Assembly: GCA_963666205.1 (NCBI GenBank)
Contig: OY762654.1
Coordinates: forward strand, 704,001-768,000
From: Synergistales bacterium
GTDB taxonomy: Bacteria > Synergistota > Synergistia > Synergistales > JAFGMB01
Direction of reading: 5' to 3'
DNA length: 64,000 nt
Part shown: piece after piece, positions 1 to 9,424 of the stretch
Numbering within the stretch: the stretch's first letter is position 1
Layout of the letters: each line of letters opens with the position of its first letter
Program-made: the position numbers and the translations under genes
The notes under the pieces: generated by a model
Databases searched by the model: none
What the model was told of the DNA's origin: nothing
The model's input: only the letters and a program-made list of their open reading frames with translations

Positions 1-362
1 TTTTATTGTCGAGGAGCCAGCGGACAGCATGGTTAGATGTATGAGTGTTAAGCATTACAGTAGTGCCCTTCTTTTTTATACCTATCAGAGTATAACCTGT
101 AGTTCTAGTTCTGGAGGGCTGATTAATTGAAAGTAAAACAGGGGACCCTGGAAATAGCAACTCCCAGAGCCTGCCGGGATTAGGAAGAAATACCTTTATC
201 AGAGAACCGTTCAATTCACATTCCACAAGGAATCTGTTAATACGTCTGAGGAAGATGGATTCAACTACATTTTCGGTAGATGCAACTCTGAATACTGTGT
301 CAGAAGGATACATGGGATAATATCTTATTTTTTCAGTATTATTATGAAAACAGGATTGATGA

Positions 363-848
363 TCATTTACATATCAGTCTGGCTACTAATGGTACTGTTA
401 ACAAAACGATTATTATCCTTATGACGTGGAAAAGTATAACTACCGGAGCATTTGCCCCCAATTCAGCAGCAGCCAGGCCAAGGCCTGAAAGACCTCCCGG
501 GGGCATGGCAAAAAGAGCAGTGAAAAGATCTATCCCAAGATAACGGGAACATAACCAGGCTAACAGAATACTGAAACCAAGAAGGATAAAACTATAGCAT
601 ACCGCTATAGGAACGATCGACGGCAGAGTTTTCATGGTTGAAATATCAGAACTTGCAACAATAACATAGGCTACCAGCATCTGGGTCACTATAGAAAGGA
701 TCCTTGTATTATGGGACGGGACCCCTGATATGGCTTTATATAAAAGGCCTGCTATCAAACCACCTACAAGTACCCCTGCAGGAACTTTCATTACAAGACC
801 TGAAAGACCTCCCAGAAAAACCATGACCGGCTGGAATATTTTCTTCAA
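363..848 (-). CDS. AbrB-family (putative ammonia monooxygenase-like) membrane protein
   Basis: Hydrophobic protein with PAGVLVG and AMPPGGLSG..A...GAN...V..FH..R motifs. Start moved from 989 to TTG at 848, which follows a GGAGG SD. Confidence 0.7.
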   Translation of the reverse strand: MKKIFQPVMVFLGGLSGLVMKVPAGVLVGGLIAGLLYKAISGVPSHNTRILSIVTQMLVAYVIVASSDISTMKTLPSIVPIAVCYSFILLGFSILLAWLCSRYLGIDLFTALFAMPPGGLSGLGLAAAELGANAPVVILFHVIRIIIVLLTVPLVARLICK

Positions 849-1004
849 TTCAGAACCTCCACTATCTGACCAGAATCGGAAGATTTTCTTCAGTGGATCA
901 AAAACGATGTAAAATTCTGTTCCGGCAATAAACACAAAAGGGCTCCCTGAAGAGCCCTTAAATAATACCCTAACTTTTGAGAAATACAACTTATGAGATT
1001 ATCT

Positions 1005-2123
1005 TCAGCTCAACAGAGTAAGCATAACCCCGGCAGCGACGGCAGTACCGATTACTCCGGCCACATTCGGACCCATGGCATGCATGAGGAGGAAATTGCT
1101 GGGGTTCTCCTGCTGGCATATTCTCTGGACCACCCTGGCGGCCATGGGGACGGCACTCACTCCTGCCGCTCCTATCATGGGATTTATCTTTCCCCCGCTT
1201 ATTATCTTCATAAGCTGGCCGAAGAGGGTTCCTCCGGCGGTGCTGAAGATGAAGGCCACCAGTCCCAGAAGTATTATCTTCAGAGTTCCCAGGGTCAGGA
1301 AATATTCGGCACTCATTGTGGCTCCTACCGACAGTCCGAGGAAGATGGTGGTGGCATTGAGTATCTCGTTCTGGGCCGCCTGGTTGAGCCTTTCCGTAAC
1401 TCCGCATTCCCGGAGAAGGTTGCCGAACATGAGCACTCCTATGAGGGGTACACTTGCCGGCAGGATAAGGCCGGCTGCTATGGTGCATATGACGGGAAAG
1501 AGCACTCTCTCAAGCTTGCTAACAGGACGGAGATTGTCCATCCTTATGGCACGGTCCTCCTTCGTGGTAAGCATCCTTATCACGGGCGGCTGAATGAGGG
1601 GCACCAGGGCCATGTAGCTGTAGGCCGCCACCGCTACGGCTCCCAGTATCTGGGGTGCCAGCTTGATGGTCAGGTATATGCTCGTGGGACCGTCCGCTCC
1701 TCCTATGATGGCTATGGAGGCTGCTTCCTTCACGCTGAAACCGAGCATGAGCGCTCCGAAGAGGGCTATGAATACTCCCAGCTGCGCCGCCGCTCCAAGA
1801 AGAAAGGTTATGGGGTTGGCCAGAAGGGGCGCAAAGTCCGTCAGCGCTCCCACTCCCATGAAGATTATTACGGGATATATCTCGTGCTGGGTTCCGAAAA
1901 ATATGTAATACAGAAATCCGCCTTCGTCCATTATCCCCGACAGAGGCAGGTTAACAAGGAGGCATCCGAAGGCTATGGGTACGAGCAGAAGGGGCTCGAA
2001 TCCCTTCCTTATGGCCAGGTAGAGCATGACGAAGGCCACAAGGAGCATGGTGATGTTACCTCCACTTATGCCGGCAAAGCCGGATTCGTTCATTATCTTG
2101 ACAAGTGCTTCAAAATATACCAT
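1005..2123 (-). CDS. mmdB: Na+-translocating decarboxylase beta subunit
   Basis: FEPLLLVPIAFG, IIGGADGPTSI, AAYSYMALVP and HAMGPNVAGVIG motifs of the OadB/MmdB/GcdB family. Confidence 0.95.
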   Translation of the reverse strand: MVYFEALVKIMNESGFAGISGGNITMLLVAFVMLYLAIRKGFEPLLLVPIAFGCLLVNLPLSGIMDEGGFLYYIFFGTQHEIYPVIIFMGVGALTDFAPLLANPITFLLGAAAQLGVFIALFGALMLGFSVKEAASIAIIGGADGPTSIYLTIKLAPQILGAVAVAAYSYMALVPLIQPPVIRMLTTKEDRAIRMDNLRPVSKLERVLFPVICTIAAGLILPASVPLIGVLMFGNLLRECGVTERLNQAAQNEILNATTIFLGLSVGATMSAEYFLTLGTLKIILLGLVAFIFSTAGGTLFGQLMKIISGGKINPMIGAAGVSAVPMAARVVQRICQQENPSNFLLMHAMGPNVAGVIGTAVAAGVMLTLLS

Positions 2124-2194
2124 AGGGGCGTTTCTCCCTCCTTTGTCCTCTTTCCTGTTTCCCAGTCCGGTAACTGGTTAAAGGGGAGGGACTT

Positions 2195-2602
2195 CTAGCC
2201 TATCACTAACAGAAGGTCTCCGGTGTTTACGGAGTCACCGTCATGTGCCCTTACTTCCTTCACTGTGCCGCCGGCGGGAGCAAGTATCTCGTTCTCCATC
2301 TTCATGGCTTCCAGAACCAGAAGAAGATCCCCTGCGTTCACCGCTGCTCCACTCTGGACAACCACCCTCAGTACCTTGCCGGGCATGGGGGCGGATATCT
2401 CCGTTCCCTCTACGGGGCCTGCCGGTGCCGGCGCTGCTGCTGGTTTGGGGGCAGGAGATGCTGCCGGCGCCGCTGCTGGTGCCGCTACTGCTGCCGTAAC
2501 TGGTGCTGGGCTCGATGATGCGGGTGCACTGCTGCCTCCGAGTTCTTCCACTTCTACTTCGTAACTCGTTCCATCTACGGTCACTCTGTATTTCTTTGCC
2601 AT
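2195..2602 (-). CDS. mmdC: Biotin carboxyl carrier subunit of the decarboxylase
   Basis: EAMKMENE biotinylation motif and Ala/Pro linker; operon context. Confidence 0.93.
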   Translation of the reverse strand: MAKKYRVTVDGTSYEVEVEELGGSSAPASSSPAPVTAAVAAPAAAPAASPAPKPAAAPAPAGPVEGTEISAPMPGKVLRVVVQSGAAVNAGDLLLVLEAMKMENEILAPAGGTVKEVRAHDGDSVNTGDLLLVIG

Positions 2603-2635
2603 CTTATCTTCCTCCCGGACTTCCCACCTATGTTG

Positions 2636-2667
2636 GATTTTAGATTTTAGATTTTAGATTTTAGATT
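2636..2667. repeat. Tandem heptamer repeat (GATTTTA)x4 + GATT
   Basis: Read directly; lies between mmdD and mmdC. Confidence 0.9.
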
Positions 2668-2763
2668 AAGGCCATTCAGAAACGCTGAAAACATTCAAAC
2701 AGTTTAAAACGTTTATATCCTTCGATCAGTCTGTCCCAGGGGGGGCAGTTTAATTCCCCGTCC

Positions 2764-3198
2764 TCAGGCCTTCCTCTTCCAGGGGTCCTTTACCATTCCC
2801 TGGTAGTTCTCCAGAAGGGCACTGGCCCTCCAGCCTCCTGAAAGAGTTCCCCTTACCCCACTGCCTGCGGGCGTTATGCTCTTTATCCTTACTGCCCTGC
2901 CTGTGGAGGCGAGGATGGCTGCACTTATGGCCGCTGCCAGCTTCCCTCCTTCAGGGGTCGACGGCGCTCGGGATGATACCTCTGCTGCCGGGCTTTCCTT
3001 CGGGGGGGCTGACTTTACCCTTTCCCCTCCCCTGGGGGGGGTGACTCCCTTATTACCCATTCCTCCTCCGAGGGCTGCCAGATACTTCACACAGTAGATA
3101 ATGAGGGTCAGTCCTCCAAGTACCAGAAAGACCGTAGAAAAGGCTATGAGGGCGAGGCTCAGGGCCCCTCCTATTCCGTTGCTGAACTGGTTGCCCAT
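2764..3198 (-). CDS. mmdD: OadG/MmdD-type membrane anchor subunit
   Basis: N-terminal TM helix (VFLVLGGL), Pro-rich linker, AAAISAAI, C-terminal WR..A motif. Confidence 0.85.
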   Translation of the reverse strand: MGNQFSNGIGGALSLALIAFSTVFLVLGGLTLIIYCVKYLAALGGGMGNKGVTPPRGGERVKSAPPKESPAAEVSSRAPSTPEGGKLAAAISAAILASTGRAVRIKSITPAGSGVRGTLSGGWRASALLENYQGMVKDPWKRKA

Positions 3199-3224
3199 GG
3201 TGTGTCTCTCTCCTCCCTCGTCCC

Positions 3225-4784
3225 CTACTGGGGCATTACGGAATGTTTCTTCCGGGGCAGGCTTTCCCTCTTGCCTTCCGTGGCCTTGAGGGCTTCGTAG
3301 ATCTCACCTCGGGTCTCTTCCGGAAGGATAACCCTGTCTACCAGTCCTCGCTTGGCTGCCTGGTAGGGGTTGGCAAAGGCTTCCCTGTATTCATCTATCT
3401 TCTGCTGCCTCTCTAGCTGCTGGTCCGCCGCTTTCTCGATTTCCTTACGAAATACTATGTTCGCGGCTCCTTCGGCTCCCATAACGGCTATCTCTGCCTG
3501 GGGCCAGGCAAGTACCATGTCAGCTCCAAGGGCCTTGCTGCACATTCCCAGGTAGGCTCCTCCATAGCTCTTCCGAAGGACTACCGTGATCAGGGGTACT
3601 GTGGCTTCGCTGTAGGCGTAAAGAAGCTTGGCTCCATGCCTTATAATACCGCCCCATTCCTGCGCGGTACCGGGTAGATAGCCGGGTACGTCCACAAAGG
3701 TCACTATGGGTATGTTGAAGGCATCGCAGTGGCGGATAAAACGGCTGGCCTTGTCTGAACAGTCTATGTCCAGGCAGCCTGCCATGTTGCTGGCCTGGTT
3801 GGCCACTATGCCCACTGCTTTCCCTCCGATCCTTCCGTAACCGGTGACTATGTTCTTCGCCCAGAGAGCCTGCACTTCAAAAAAACGGCCATCGTCAAGC
3901 ACTCTCTTCAGTACTTCATGAACATGGTAACTCTTGTTCGGGTTCGTGGGCACTATGTTCCTGAGTTCCAGATCCCTCCGGTAGGGATCGTCATCGCTCT
4001 CCTTAACGGGCGCATCCTCCATGTTGTTGGAGGGCAGGTAACCAAGTACTGTCCTTACCTGTTCAAAACATTCCTGCTCGCTCTTCGCAAAAAAATGGGC
4101 GTTCCCGCTGCGGCTGTTGTGCGCCATGGCTCCGCCTATCTGTTCGCTGGTAACTTCCTCTCCCGTGACCGCCTTGATCACGGCGGGCCCCGTTATATGC
4201 ATTATCCCCGTCTTGTCCACCATGAAAATGTAGTCCGTCAGCGCTGGACTGTAAACAGCACCTCCCGCTGTGGGACCTACTATCACTGACAGCTGGGGAA
4301 TTACTCCGCTGGCTATGGTGTTACGGTAAAATATACCACCGTATCCGTCCAGTGAATCCACCGCTTCCTGGATCCTCGCTCCTCCACTGTCGTTGATGCC
4401 TACTACAGGGGCTCCGTTCCTCATCGCAAGGTCCATTACCTTCCAGATCTTGTGGGCATGCTTCTCTCCCAATGAACCTCCCAGTACAGTGAAATCCTGG
4501 CTGTATACGTATACCGGACGACCTTCCACTGTCCCCCAGCCCGTCACTACTCCGTCCCCGGGATATACCTTGCTCTCCATTCCAAAATGGCTGCAGCGGT
4601 GCTCCACAAATTCGTCTATCTCTATAAAACTGCCTGCGTCAAGTAATAGCTCTATCCTCTCCCGCGCCGTCAGCTTACCCTTAGACTTCTGCTTCTCTAT
4701 CGCCCCGGGACCGCCTCCCTCGCGGACCTGCTCTCGCTTCGCCTCCAATTGCTCACATAGTTCGTCTATATGCCTCTCCGACAT
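3225..4784 (-). CDS. mmdA: Methylmalonyl-CoA decarboxylase alpha (carboxyltransferase) subunit
   Basis: QDFTVLGGSLG, DSGGARIQE, DVPGYLPG..QE.GGIIRHGAK motifs; adjacent to the epimerase gene. Confidence 0.92.
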   Translation of the reverse strand: MSERHIDELCEQLEAKREQVREGGGPGAIEKQKSKGKLTARERIELLLDAGSFIEIDEFVEHRCSHFGMESKVYPGDGVVTGWGTVEGRPVYVYSQDFTVLGGSLGEKHAHKIWKVMDLAMRNGAPVVGINDSGGARIQEAVDSLDGYGGIFYRNTIASGVIPQLSVIVGPTAGGAVYSPALTDYIFMVDKTGIMHITGPAVIKAVTGEEVTSEQIGGAMAHNSRSGNAHFFAKSEQECFEQVRTVLGYLPSNNMEDAPVKESDDDPYRRDLELRNIVPTNPNKSYHVHEVLKRVLDDGRFFEVQALWAKNIVTGYGRIGGKAVGIVANQASNMAGCLDIDCSDKASRFIRHCDAFNIPIVTFVDVPGYLPGTAQEWGGIIRHGAKLLYAYSEATVPLITVVLRKSYGGAYLGMCSKALGADMVLAWPQAEIAVMGAEGAANIVFRKEIEKAADQQLERQQKIDEYREAFANPYQAAKRGLVDRVILPEETRGEIYEALKATEGKRESLPRKKHSVMPQ

Positions 4785-4827
4785 GGCCTTCGCATTCCTC
4801 CTTATAGTAGGAAATATTTACCTTTTG

Positions 4828-5244
4828 TTATTGCTTTTCCATGGGTCTCTCCGAAATTTCAAGAAGAACCCCTCCACTAGCCTTGGGATGGACAAAAGCA
4901 ATCCGGCATCCGCCGGCACCAAGCCTTGGTACTTCATCAATAAGTCTTACTCCCTTTACCTTAAGATCAGCCAGCGCTTTTTCTATATCATCAACCCTGA
5001 TAGCGATGTGATGGATTCCTTCACCTTTTTTCTCAATAAATCGAGCAACCGGACTATCTTCGGCCGTGGGTTCCAGAAGTTCAATTTCAGTGTCCAGTAG
5101 AGGAAGAAAAGCTGTTCTAACCTTCTGTTCCTGAACTTCTTCTATGCCATGACACTTTATTCCCATGGCTCCTTCCCAGAATTCCAGAGAATCTTCAATG
5201 CTTTTTACTGCAATTCCGATATGATCAACAACAGTTGGGTTCAT
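4828..5244 (-). CDS. mce: Methylmalonyl-CoA epimerase
   Basis: DHIGIAV, IELLEP, GEGIHHIA and AFVHPK..GGVLLE VOC-family motifs. Confidence 0.93.
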   Translation of the reverse strand: MNPTVVDHIGIAVKSIEDSLEFWEGAMGIKCHGIEEVQEQKVRTAFLPLLDTEIELLEPTAEDSPVARFIEKKGEGIHHIAIRVDDIEKALADLKVKGVRLIDEVPRLGAGGCRIAFVHPKASGGVLLEISERPMEKQ

Positions 5245-5426
5245 TATTAGCCCTCCATTAAAATTAATTGAAAGATATTTTACTCATATCAATGCATAGT
5301 AATAGTAACAGATATCATAAAAAATACATATTTTCAGAATGCTAATATTCCAGATATCCATTACGTCATAATTATATTTATAGTTATTTCAATATGTATA
5401 CTATTTATATTGTCTACTCTCCATAT

Positions 5427-5461
5427 AAAAATAGCCACCATATATACCTGGTGGCTATTTT
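5427..5461 (-). terminator. Intrinsic terminator after usp
   Basis: AAAATAGCCACCA-N8-TGGTGGCTATTTT inverted repeat with T/A tails. Confidence 0.75.
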
Positions 5462-5488
5462 CCTGTAAAAGAAGTCCTGTCTCCGAGA

Positions 5489-5947
5489 TCAGAAAACATC
5501 AAGTCCCGGTCTGTATATAAGAACCGAGCAATTGGAATAACGAGCAACATTTGCAGCTGTACTGCCCACAACCAGTCTTTCAATGGTACTCTGGCCTCTA
5601 TATCCAATTATTATCAGATTATAATTTCCCTCTTTTGCGCATCTGATGATAACATCAGATGGACTTCCTTCTTCGATAATAATCTCGTGGGACCTGTCTG
5701 CACAGTGAGGCATCGACTCCCCGGCTTTGTGGATGTAATATTTTATTTTCTTTCTTGCGATTTCGGAGATCTCAACATCAAGCTCAGGAGGAAGCCAGGG
5801 CTCATAACCTTTCCAGAGGGTGGGATGGGGAAGAACATGGATGAAGTTCGTTTCAACATCGAGTCTGTAAGATAGCGAGCAGGCATAAGCGATAAGTTTG
5901 TCCGACATTTTACTTAAGTCCACAGCAACGAGGATTTTTTTGGGCAT
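5489..5947 (-). CDS. Universal stress protein
   Basis: KILVAVDLS N-terminus; G.RG...ERLVVGSTA..V motif. Confidence 0.9.
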   Translation of the reverse strand: MPKKILVAVDLSKMSDKLIAYACSLSYRLDVETNFIHVLPHPTLWKGYEPWLPPELDVEISEIARKKIKYYIHKAGESMPHCADRSHEIIIEEGSPSDVIIRCAKEGNYNLIIIGYRGQSTIERLVVGSTAANVARYSNCSVLIYRPGLDVF

Positions 5948-6082
5948 TCATATTCACTCCTTTCCGCAATTAACAATCCCTATCCTTTCTTTATAATATT
6001 ATACTACTGTAGCTCAGTAAATAGTCAAGATGAAATATTTCTCAGATTCTTTTAAAATAGATCCGATCTGAAAAATTCGGGA

Positions 6083-6871
6083 GTGATGCTTAATATGGAA
6101 ATCAAAGTACCTTTCATAATACTGAACATTTTCTTCGGAACCTGCATGGGGTCATTTCTTAATGTAGTAGCATTCAGAACTCTTGAGGACAGATCCTGGT
6201 GGGGGAAAGAACGGTCAAAATGCCCGAAGTGCGGGAATTTACTGAAATCGAAAGACCTTATACCCCTCTTATCTTACATCTTCCTGAGGGGTAGATGCCG
6301 ATACTGCAACACCAAGATCCCAAGGAGGTATTTTCTGATCGAACTGACTGGTGGAGCAATTGGCGGACTTCTTGCATGGAGGTGGGGTGTATCATATGCA
6401 ACGATTCTGGCCCTGATGACGGCATACGGTCTGCTCCTCAGCGGGATAACAGATTTTTTTTCAGGTTATATCTACGACTTGTATGCACTTATCATAGGTA
6501 TCGCCGGGCTAGTCCTGAGACTGCCTGGTGGATGGGTTTCCCTGGTGGATGGAATTGAAGGGGCACTTCTCGGTTTTGGTGTCATCGCAATAATAATTCT
6601 ATTAAGCCGTGGGGGAATGGGATGGGGTGATGCAAACCTTATGGCGGGAACGGGCGCTGCTCTTGGCTGGAAAATGACCGGGATCTCACTCTATCTCGGC
6701 TTCATGGTTGGAGGGATAGTTGCCATTACACTCCTTCTTCTGAAGGTTGTGAAAAGGAAGGATGCAATCCCCCTTGGTCCGTTCCTTGCTATAGGGGCAT
6801 TTCTTTCACTCCTTTTTGGAAAAGCTATTCTGAATTACTTCGGGACACACCCTGGATGGCCCTGGATTTAA
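6083..6871 (+). CDS. pilD: Type IV prepilin peptidase (A24)
   Basis: GSFLNVV, CPKC...CRYC Zn motifs, GGMGWGD, IPLGPFL. Start may be a few codons downstream. Confidence 0.9.
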   Translation: MMLNMEIKVPFIILNIFFGTCMGSFLNVVAFRTLEDRSWWGKERSKCPKCGNLLKSKDLIPLLSYIFLRGRCRYCNTKIPRRYFLIELTGGAIGGLLAWRWGVSYATILALMTAYGLLLSGITDFFSGYIYDLYALIIGIAGLVLRLPGGWVSLVDGIEGALLGFGVIAIIILLSRGGMGWGDANLMAGTGAALGWKMTGISLYLGFMVGGIVAITLLLLKVVKRKDAIPLGPFLAIGAFLSLLFGKAILNYFGTHPGWPWI

Positions 6872-7670
6872 ACTCCAGAAGAATAGAAACCGTCATTTCC
6901 AGAGGTTTTAATGAGGGTTGACCATCCATTTGCCGAAATGAATGATCTGAACCAGGTATTACATGAAAAGATTTATCTCCGGGAAGTAAGGGAATAAGTT
7001 CGAATATCCTTCTGCACGAACTTTCACTGAAAGTAGCATCCATCTGTCCATAGAAGGATAGGAACCTGCCGCTCTTGATATTTCCAGCAGCCCTGAGCAG
7101 GATTTCTGCTGCTGGAACAGTTGAAAGAACAGGTAGGGAGAGGCTATTTCTTGCCTCGTCTTTAATTGAATCTCCGCTTCCCGAAGTAATTACCGTTTTT
7201 ATTCTCTCCGGATCAATTTGAGGAATGGATGATCCGCAGGCCGAAAGTATTTCTTTCCATACATATCCCTTGATCAAAATGGAATGCAGCCCTCCAAGGG
7301 AAAAACCCCAGAGGTTCAAAGACGAATATTCCAGGTTTTCCATAATAAAGGAAAGAGCCTTGCAGTTATCGTACAATTCTTCGCAATACTTTTTATCCTT
7401 AAAGGATTGCCAGGCCCATTCAGTCCTGTCATCCCCGAAGGATTCTCTATCTCTTCTTATACGGCTCGTTTCAACCAGGCATACATCAAATCCAAGAGGC
7501 AGAAGCATCCCTGCAAGGGATGCATACTTGTTGCCTTCCGTAAAGGATGAACATCCATGAACTCCATGAAAAAGCACTATAAGATCATCTGTACCGTTTA
7601 CATGCAGATGATCCACAAGCACTTTTCTGTCACCGAATGTCCCTTCTAATTCATACTTTGTAAACTCCAC
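6825..7670 (-). CDS. Alpha/beta-hydrolase fold protein
   Basis: LFHG oxyanion segment, GFSLGG nucleophile elbow, later D and GSDHSF His. Confidence 0.7.
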   Translation of the reverse strand: MEFTKYELEGTFGDRKVLVDHLHVNGTDDLIVLFHGVHGCSSFTEGNKYASLAGMLLPLGFDVCLVETSRIRRDRESFGDDRTEWAWQSFKDKKYCEELYDNCKALSFIMENLEYSSLNLWGFSLGGLHSILIKGYVWKEILSACGSSIPQIDPERIKTVITSGSGDSIKDEARNSLSLPVLSTVPAAEILLRAAGNIKSGRFLSFYGQMDATFSESSCRRIFELIPLLPGDKSFHVIPGSDHSFRQMDGQPSLKPLEMTVSILLEFKSRAIQGVSRSNSE

Positions 7671-7801
7671 GAAAACGACTCCCCATGCAATCTGGTTATG
7701 GATCTATTTTTGAAAGGTTTTCTATTAACAGGGTAGCACAAGAACTACAAATTCCAAAGGATGTTCTCACCACTTGAAGTTCATTCTTTTCGCACTTATA
7801 G

Positions 7802-7830
7802 TTGACAAATAAGGCATTCAGAGTAAAAAT
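7802..7830 (+). promoter_or_regulatory. Putative sigma70 promoter of the thiT leader
   Basis: TTGACA at 7802, with TAAAAAT 16-17 nt downstream, just before the riboswitch. Confidence 0.55.
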
Positions 7831-7835
7831 ATCTT

Positions 7836-7930
7836 TTGCACCTGGGGGAGTCGATAAGAATCGGCTGAGAGGAGGCTTTTTGCCTCGACCCCTTGAACCT
7901 GATCCGGGTAATGCCGGCGAAGGGAAGACG
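7836..7930 (+). ncRNA. TPP riboswitch (THI element)
   Basis: GGGGAGTC...GGCTGAGA...GACCCCTTGAACCTGATCCGGGTAATGCCGGCGAAGGGA core consensus, upstream of thiT. Confidence 0.93.
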
Positions 7931-7998
7931 GTCGCTTCTGTTCTCACAAAAACCTTCCTTCCTCCGGCTGTATGAAAATACTTGAAGGAGGAAATCCC

Positions 7999-8496
7999 AT
8001 GAATACAAAAACCCGAATGTTAGTTGAAGGAGGACTGGCAGCAGCCCTTGCCATTGCCCTCTCTTATCTCAAATTATGGAGGATGCCCCAAGGTGGCTCT
8101 GTTACCCTTGAGAATATACCCCTTCTCATTTTTTCCCTCAGATGGGGCATCAAAGCAGGTATGGGAGCGGGTGTAGTGGCAGGCATTGTCCAGCTTATGC
8201 TGGGAGGCTATGTCGTTCACCCGGTCCAGGCTCTGCTGGATTACCCCCTGGCCTTTGGAGCTCTTGGTTTGGCTGGTTCGGTCCGTCGCCCCATTTGGGT
8301 TGGGCTGAGTTTAGGTTCTTTTCTGAGATTCGCATGTCATGTTCTTTCCGGGGTTGTCTTTTTCGGAAGCTATGCACCGGAGGGAACGAACGTATGGCTT
8401 TACTCCACCATATACAATGGCAGCTATATGCTCCCAAACCTGGTAATTGCCTTTATCCTGACATACCTTATCTGGCCCAGACTTAAAAAGATCTGA
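7999..8496 (+). CDS. thiT: Energy-coupled thiamine transporter S component
   Basis: MPQGGSV, HPVQALLDY, RF.CH.LSGVVFF.SYAP, YS..YNGSY. ATG at 7999 follows AAGGAGG. Confidence 0.93.
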   Translation: MNTKTRMLVEGGLAAALAIALSYLKLWRMPQGGSVTLENIPLLIFSLRWGIKAGMGAGVVAGIVQLMLGGYVVHPVQALLDYPLAFGALGLAGSVRRPIWVGLSLGSFLRFACHVLSGVVFFGSYAPEGTNVWLYSTIYNGSYMLPNLVIAFILTYLIWPRLKKI

Positions 8497-8599
8497 TACA
8501 AGGGTAAGGAGGAAGACTTTGCGGGAACAACTTTAGCAGCTATGGATCTGAAAATAAAAGAAACAACAGTTTAATCTGAACAATATTCAATCAACACTA

Positions 8600-8661
8600 T
8601 TCAAGAGGGTAGCTAACTGCTGAGAGAAGGCCTTCTCTCAGCAGTTAGCTACCCTCTTGAA
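8600..8661. repeat. Perfect 62-bp spacerless palindrome between convergent thiT and pssA; probable bidirectional terminator
   Basis: TTCAAGAGGGTAGCTAACTGCTGAGAGAAGG is followed immediately by its exact reverse complement. Confidence 0.9.
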
Positions 8662-8689
8662 ATTAAATTGTTTTATTGTTTATAGTTAT

Positions 8690-9424
8690 CTAAAGCTCTT
8701 CTTTCAGATCCACATCTTCTTCCTCATGCTGGGAGAAGAACCTGCTCCAGTCTACATGGATAAAACCACTGGTAATATATATAGCCATGGCTGCAAGTAC
8801 AGATCTTGAATGAAGTCCAAGGATAAGGATAATGCATGTAATATAAAAAAGGGCAACCTTTTTCCGGTTGGTCTTTCTGACTCCCTTAAGATTTCCATAG
8901 GGCATACTGGAGATCATCAGAATTCCTGAAAAAGCAACCATAAACGCCGCCATCCATGAAGGAAGAGACAGCCCCCCTATTACAAAAGATGCAAGGAAGA
9001 GTCCACCTGCAGGGATGGGAAGACCCTGGAAGGGACCGGGAACGTGTACAATATTGAACCTGGCCAGACGTAGAGCTCCGCAGAGAGCAAAGAAAGAAGC
9101 AACAAGAGCTCCTGCGACTCCAAAGAATCCATTCAGATAAACCGAATACATAAGAATTGCAGGCGCTACTCCGAAACTGATAACATCAGCAATGCTGTCA
9201 TATTCGAGACCAAATTTGCTCCCCCCCCCGAGACTGCGTGCCACTTTGCCATCCATAAAATCAAAAAACACAGCCATGGCTATCAGCCATCCAGCAGGGA
9301 CATACTGGCCTCGAAGAGTGAGAATAAGAGAAAACATACCACACATCAGGTTTCCGCTCGTTATCATATTAGGAGCAATATCCTTGAAGGGAATGCTCCT
9401 GTATCTCTGTCTTGGTGATCTCAT
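8690..9424 (-). CDS. pssA: CDP-diacylglycerol--serine O-phosphatidyltransferase
   Basis: PN.IT, DFMDGKVAR...S.FG.EYDS.AD.ISFGVAP, LRLARFN, FQGLPIP. Confidence 0.93.
   Translation of the reverse strand: MRSPRQRYRSIPFKDIAPNMITSGNLMCGMFSLILTLRGQYVPAGWLIAMAVFFDFMDGKVARSLGGGSKFGLEYDSIADVISFGVAPAILMYSVYLNGFFGVAGALVASFFALCGALRLARFNIVHVPGPFQGLPIPAGGLFLASFVIGGLSLPSWMAAFMVAFSGILMISSMPYGNLKGVRKTNRKKVALFYITCIILILGLHSRSVLAAMAIYITSGFIHVDWSRFFSQHEEEDVDLKEEL

Noticed and set aside
1-362. SD-like GGAGG then TTG at about 127, suggesting a small gene
   Set aside because: The frame stops after 18 codons and I recognise no family.
993-2198. 401-aa plus-strand ORF, and similar long antisense ORFs over mmdA, the TRAP genes and ortB
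   Set aside because: Shadow frames opposite well-conserved genes, with no motifs.
2603-2763. Possible mmdE small subunit between mmdD and mmdC
   Set aside because: No plausible minus-strand ORF with a start and SD was found.
6825-6871. 47-nt convergent overlap of the prepilin peptidase and hydrolase genes
   Set aside because: Short 3' overlaps are common and most simply reflect stop-codon drift.
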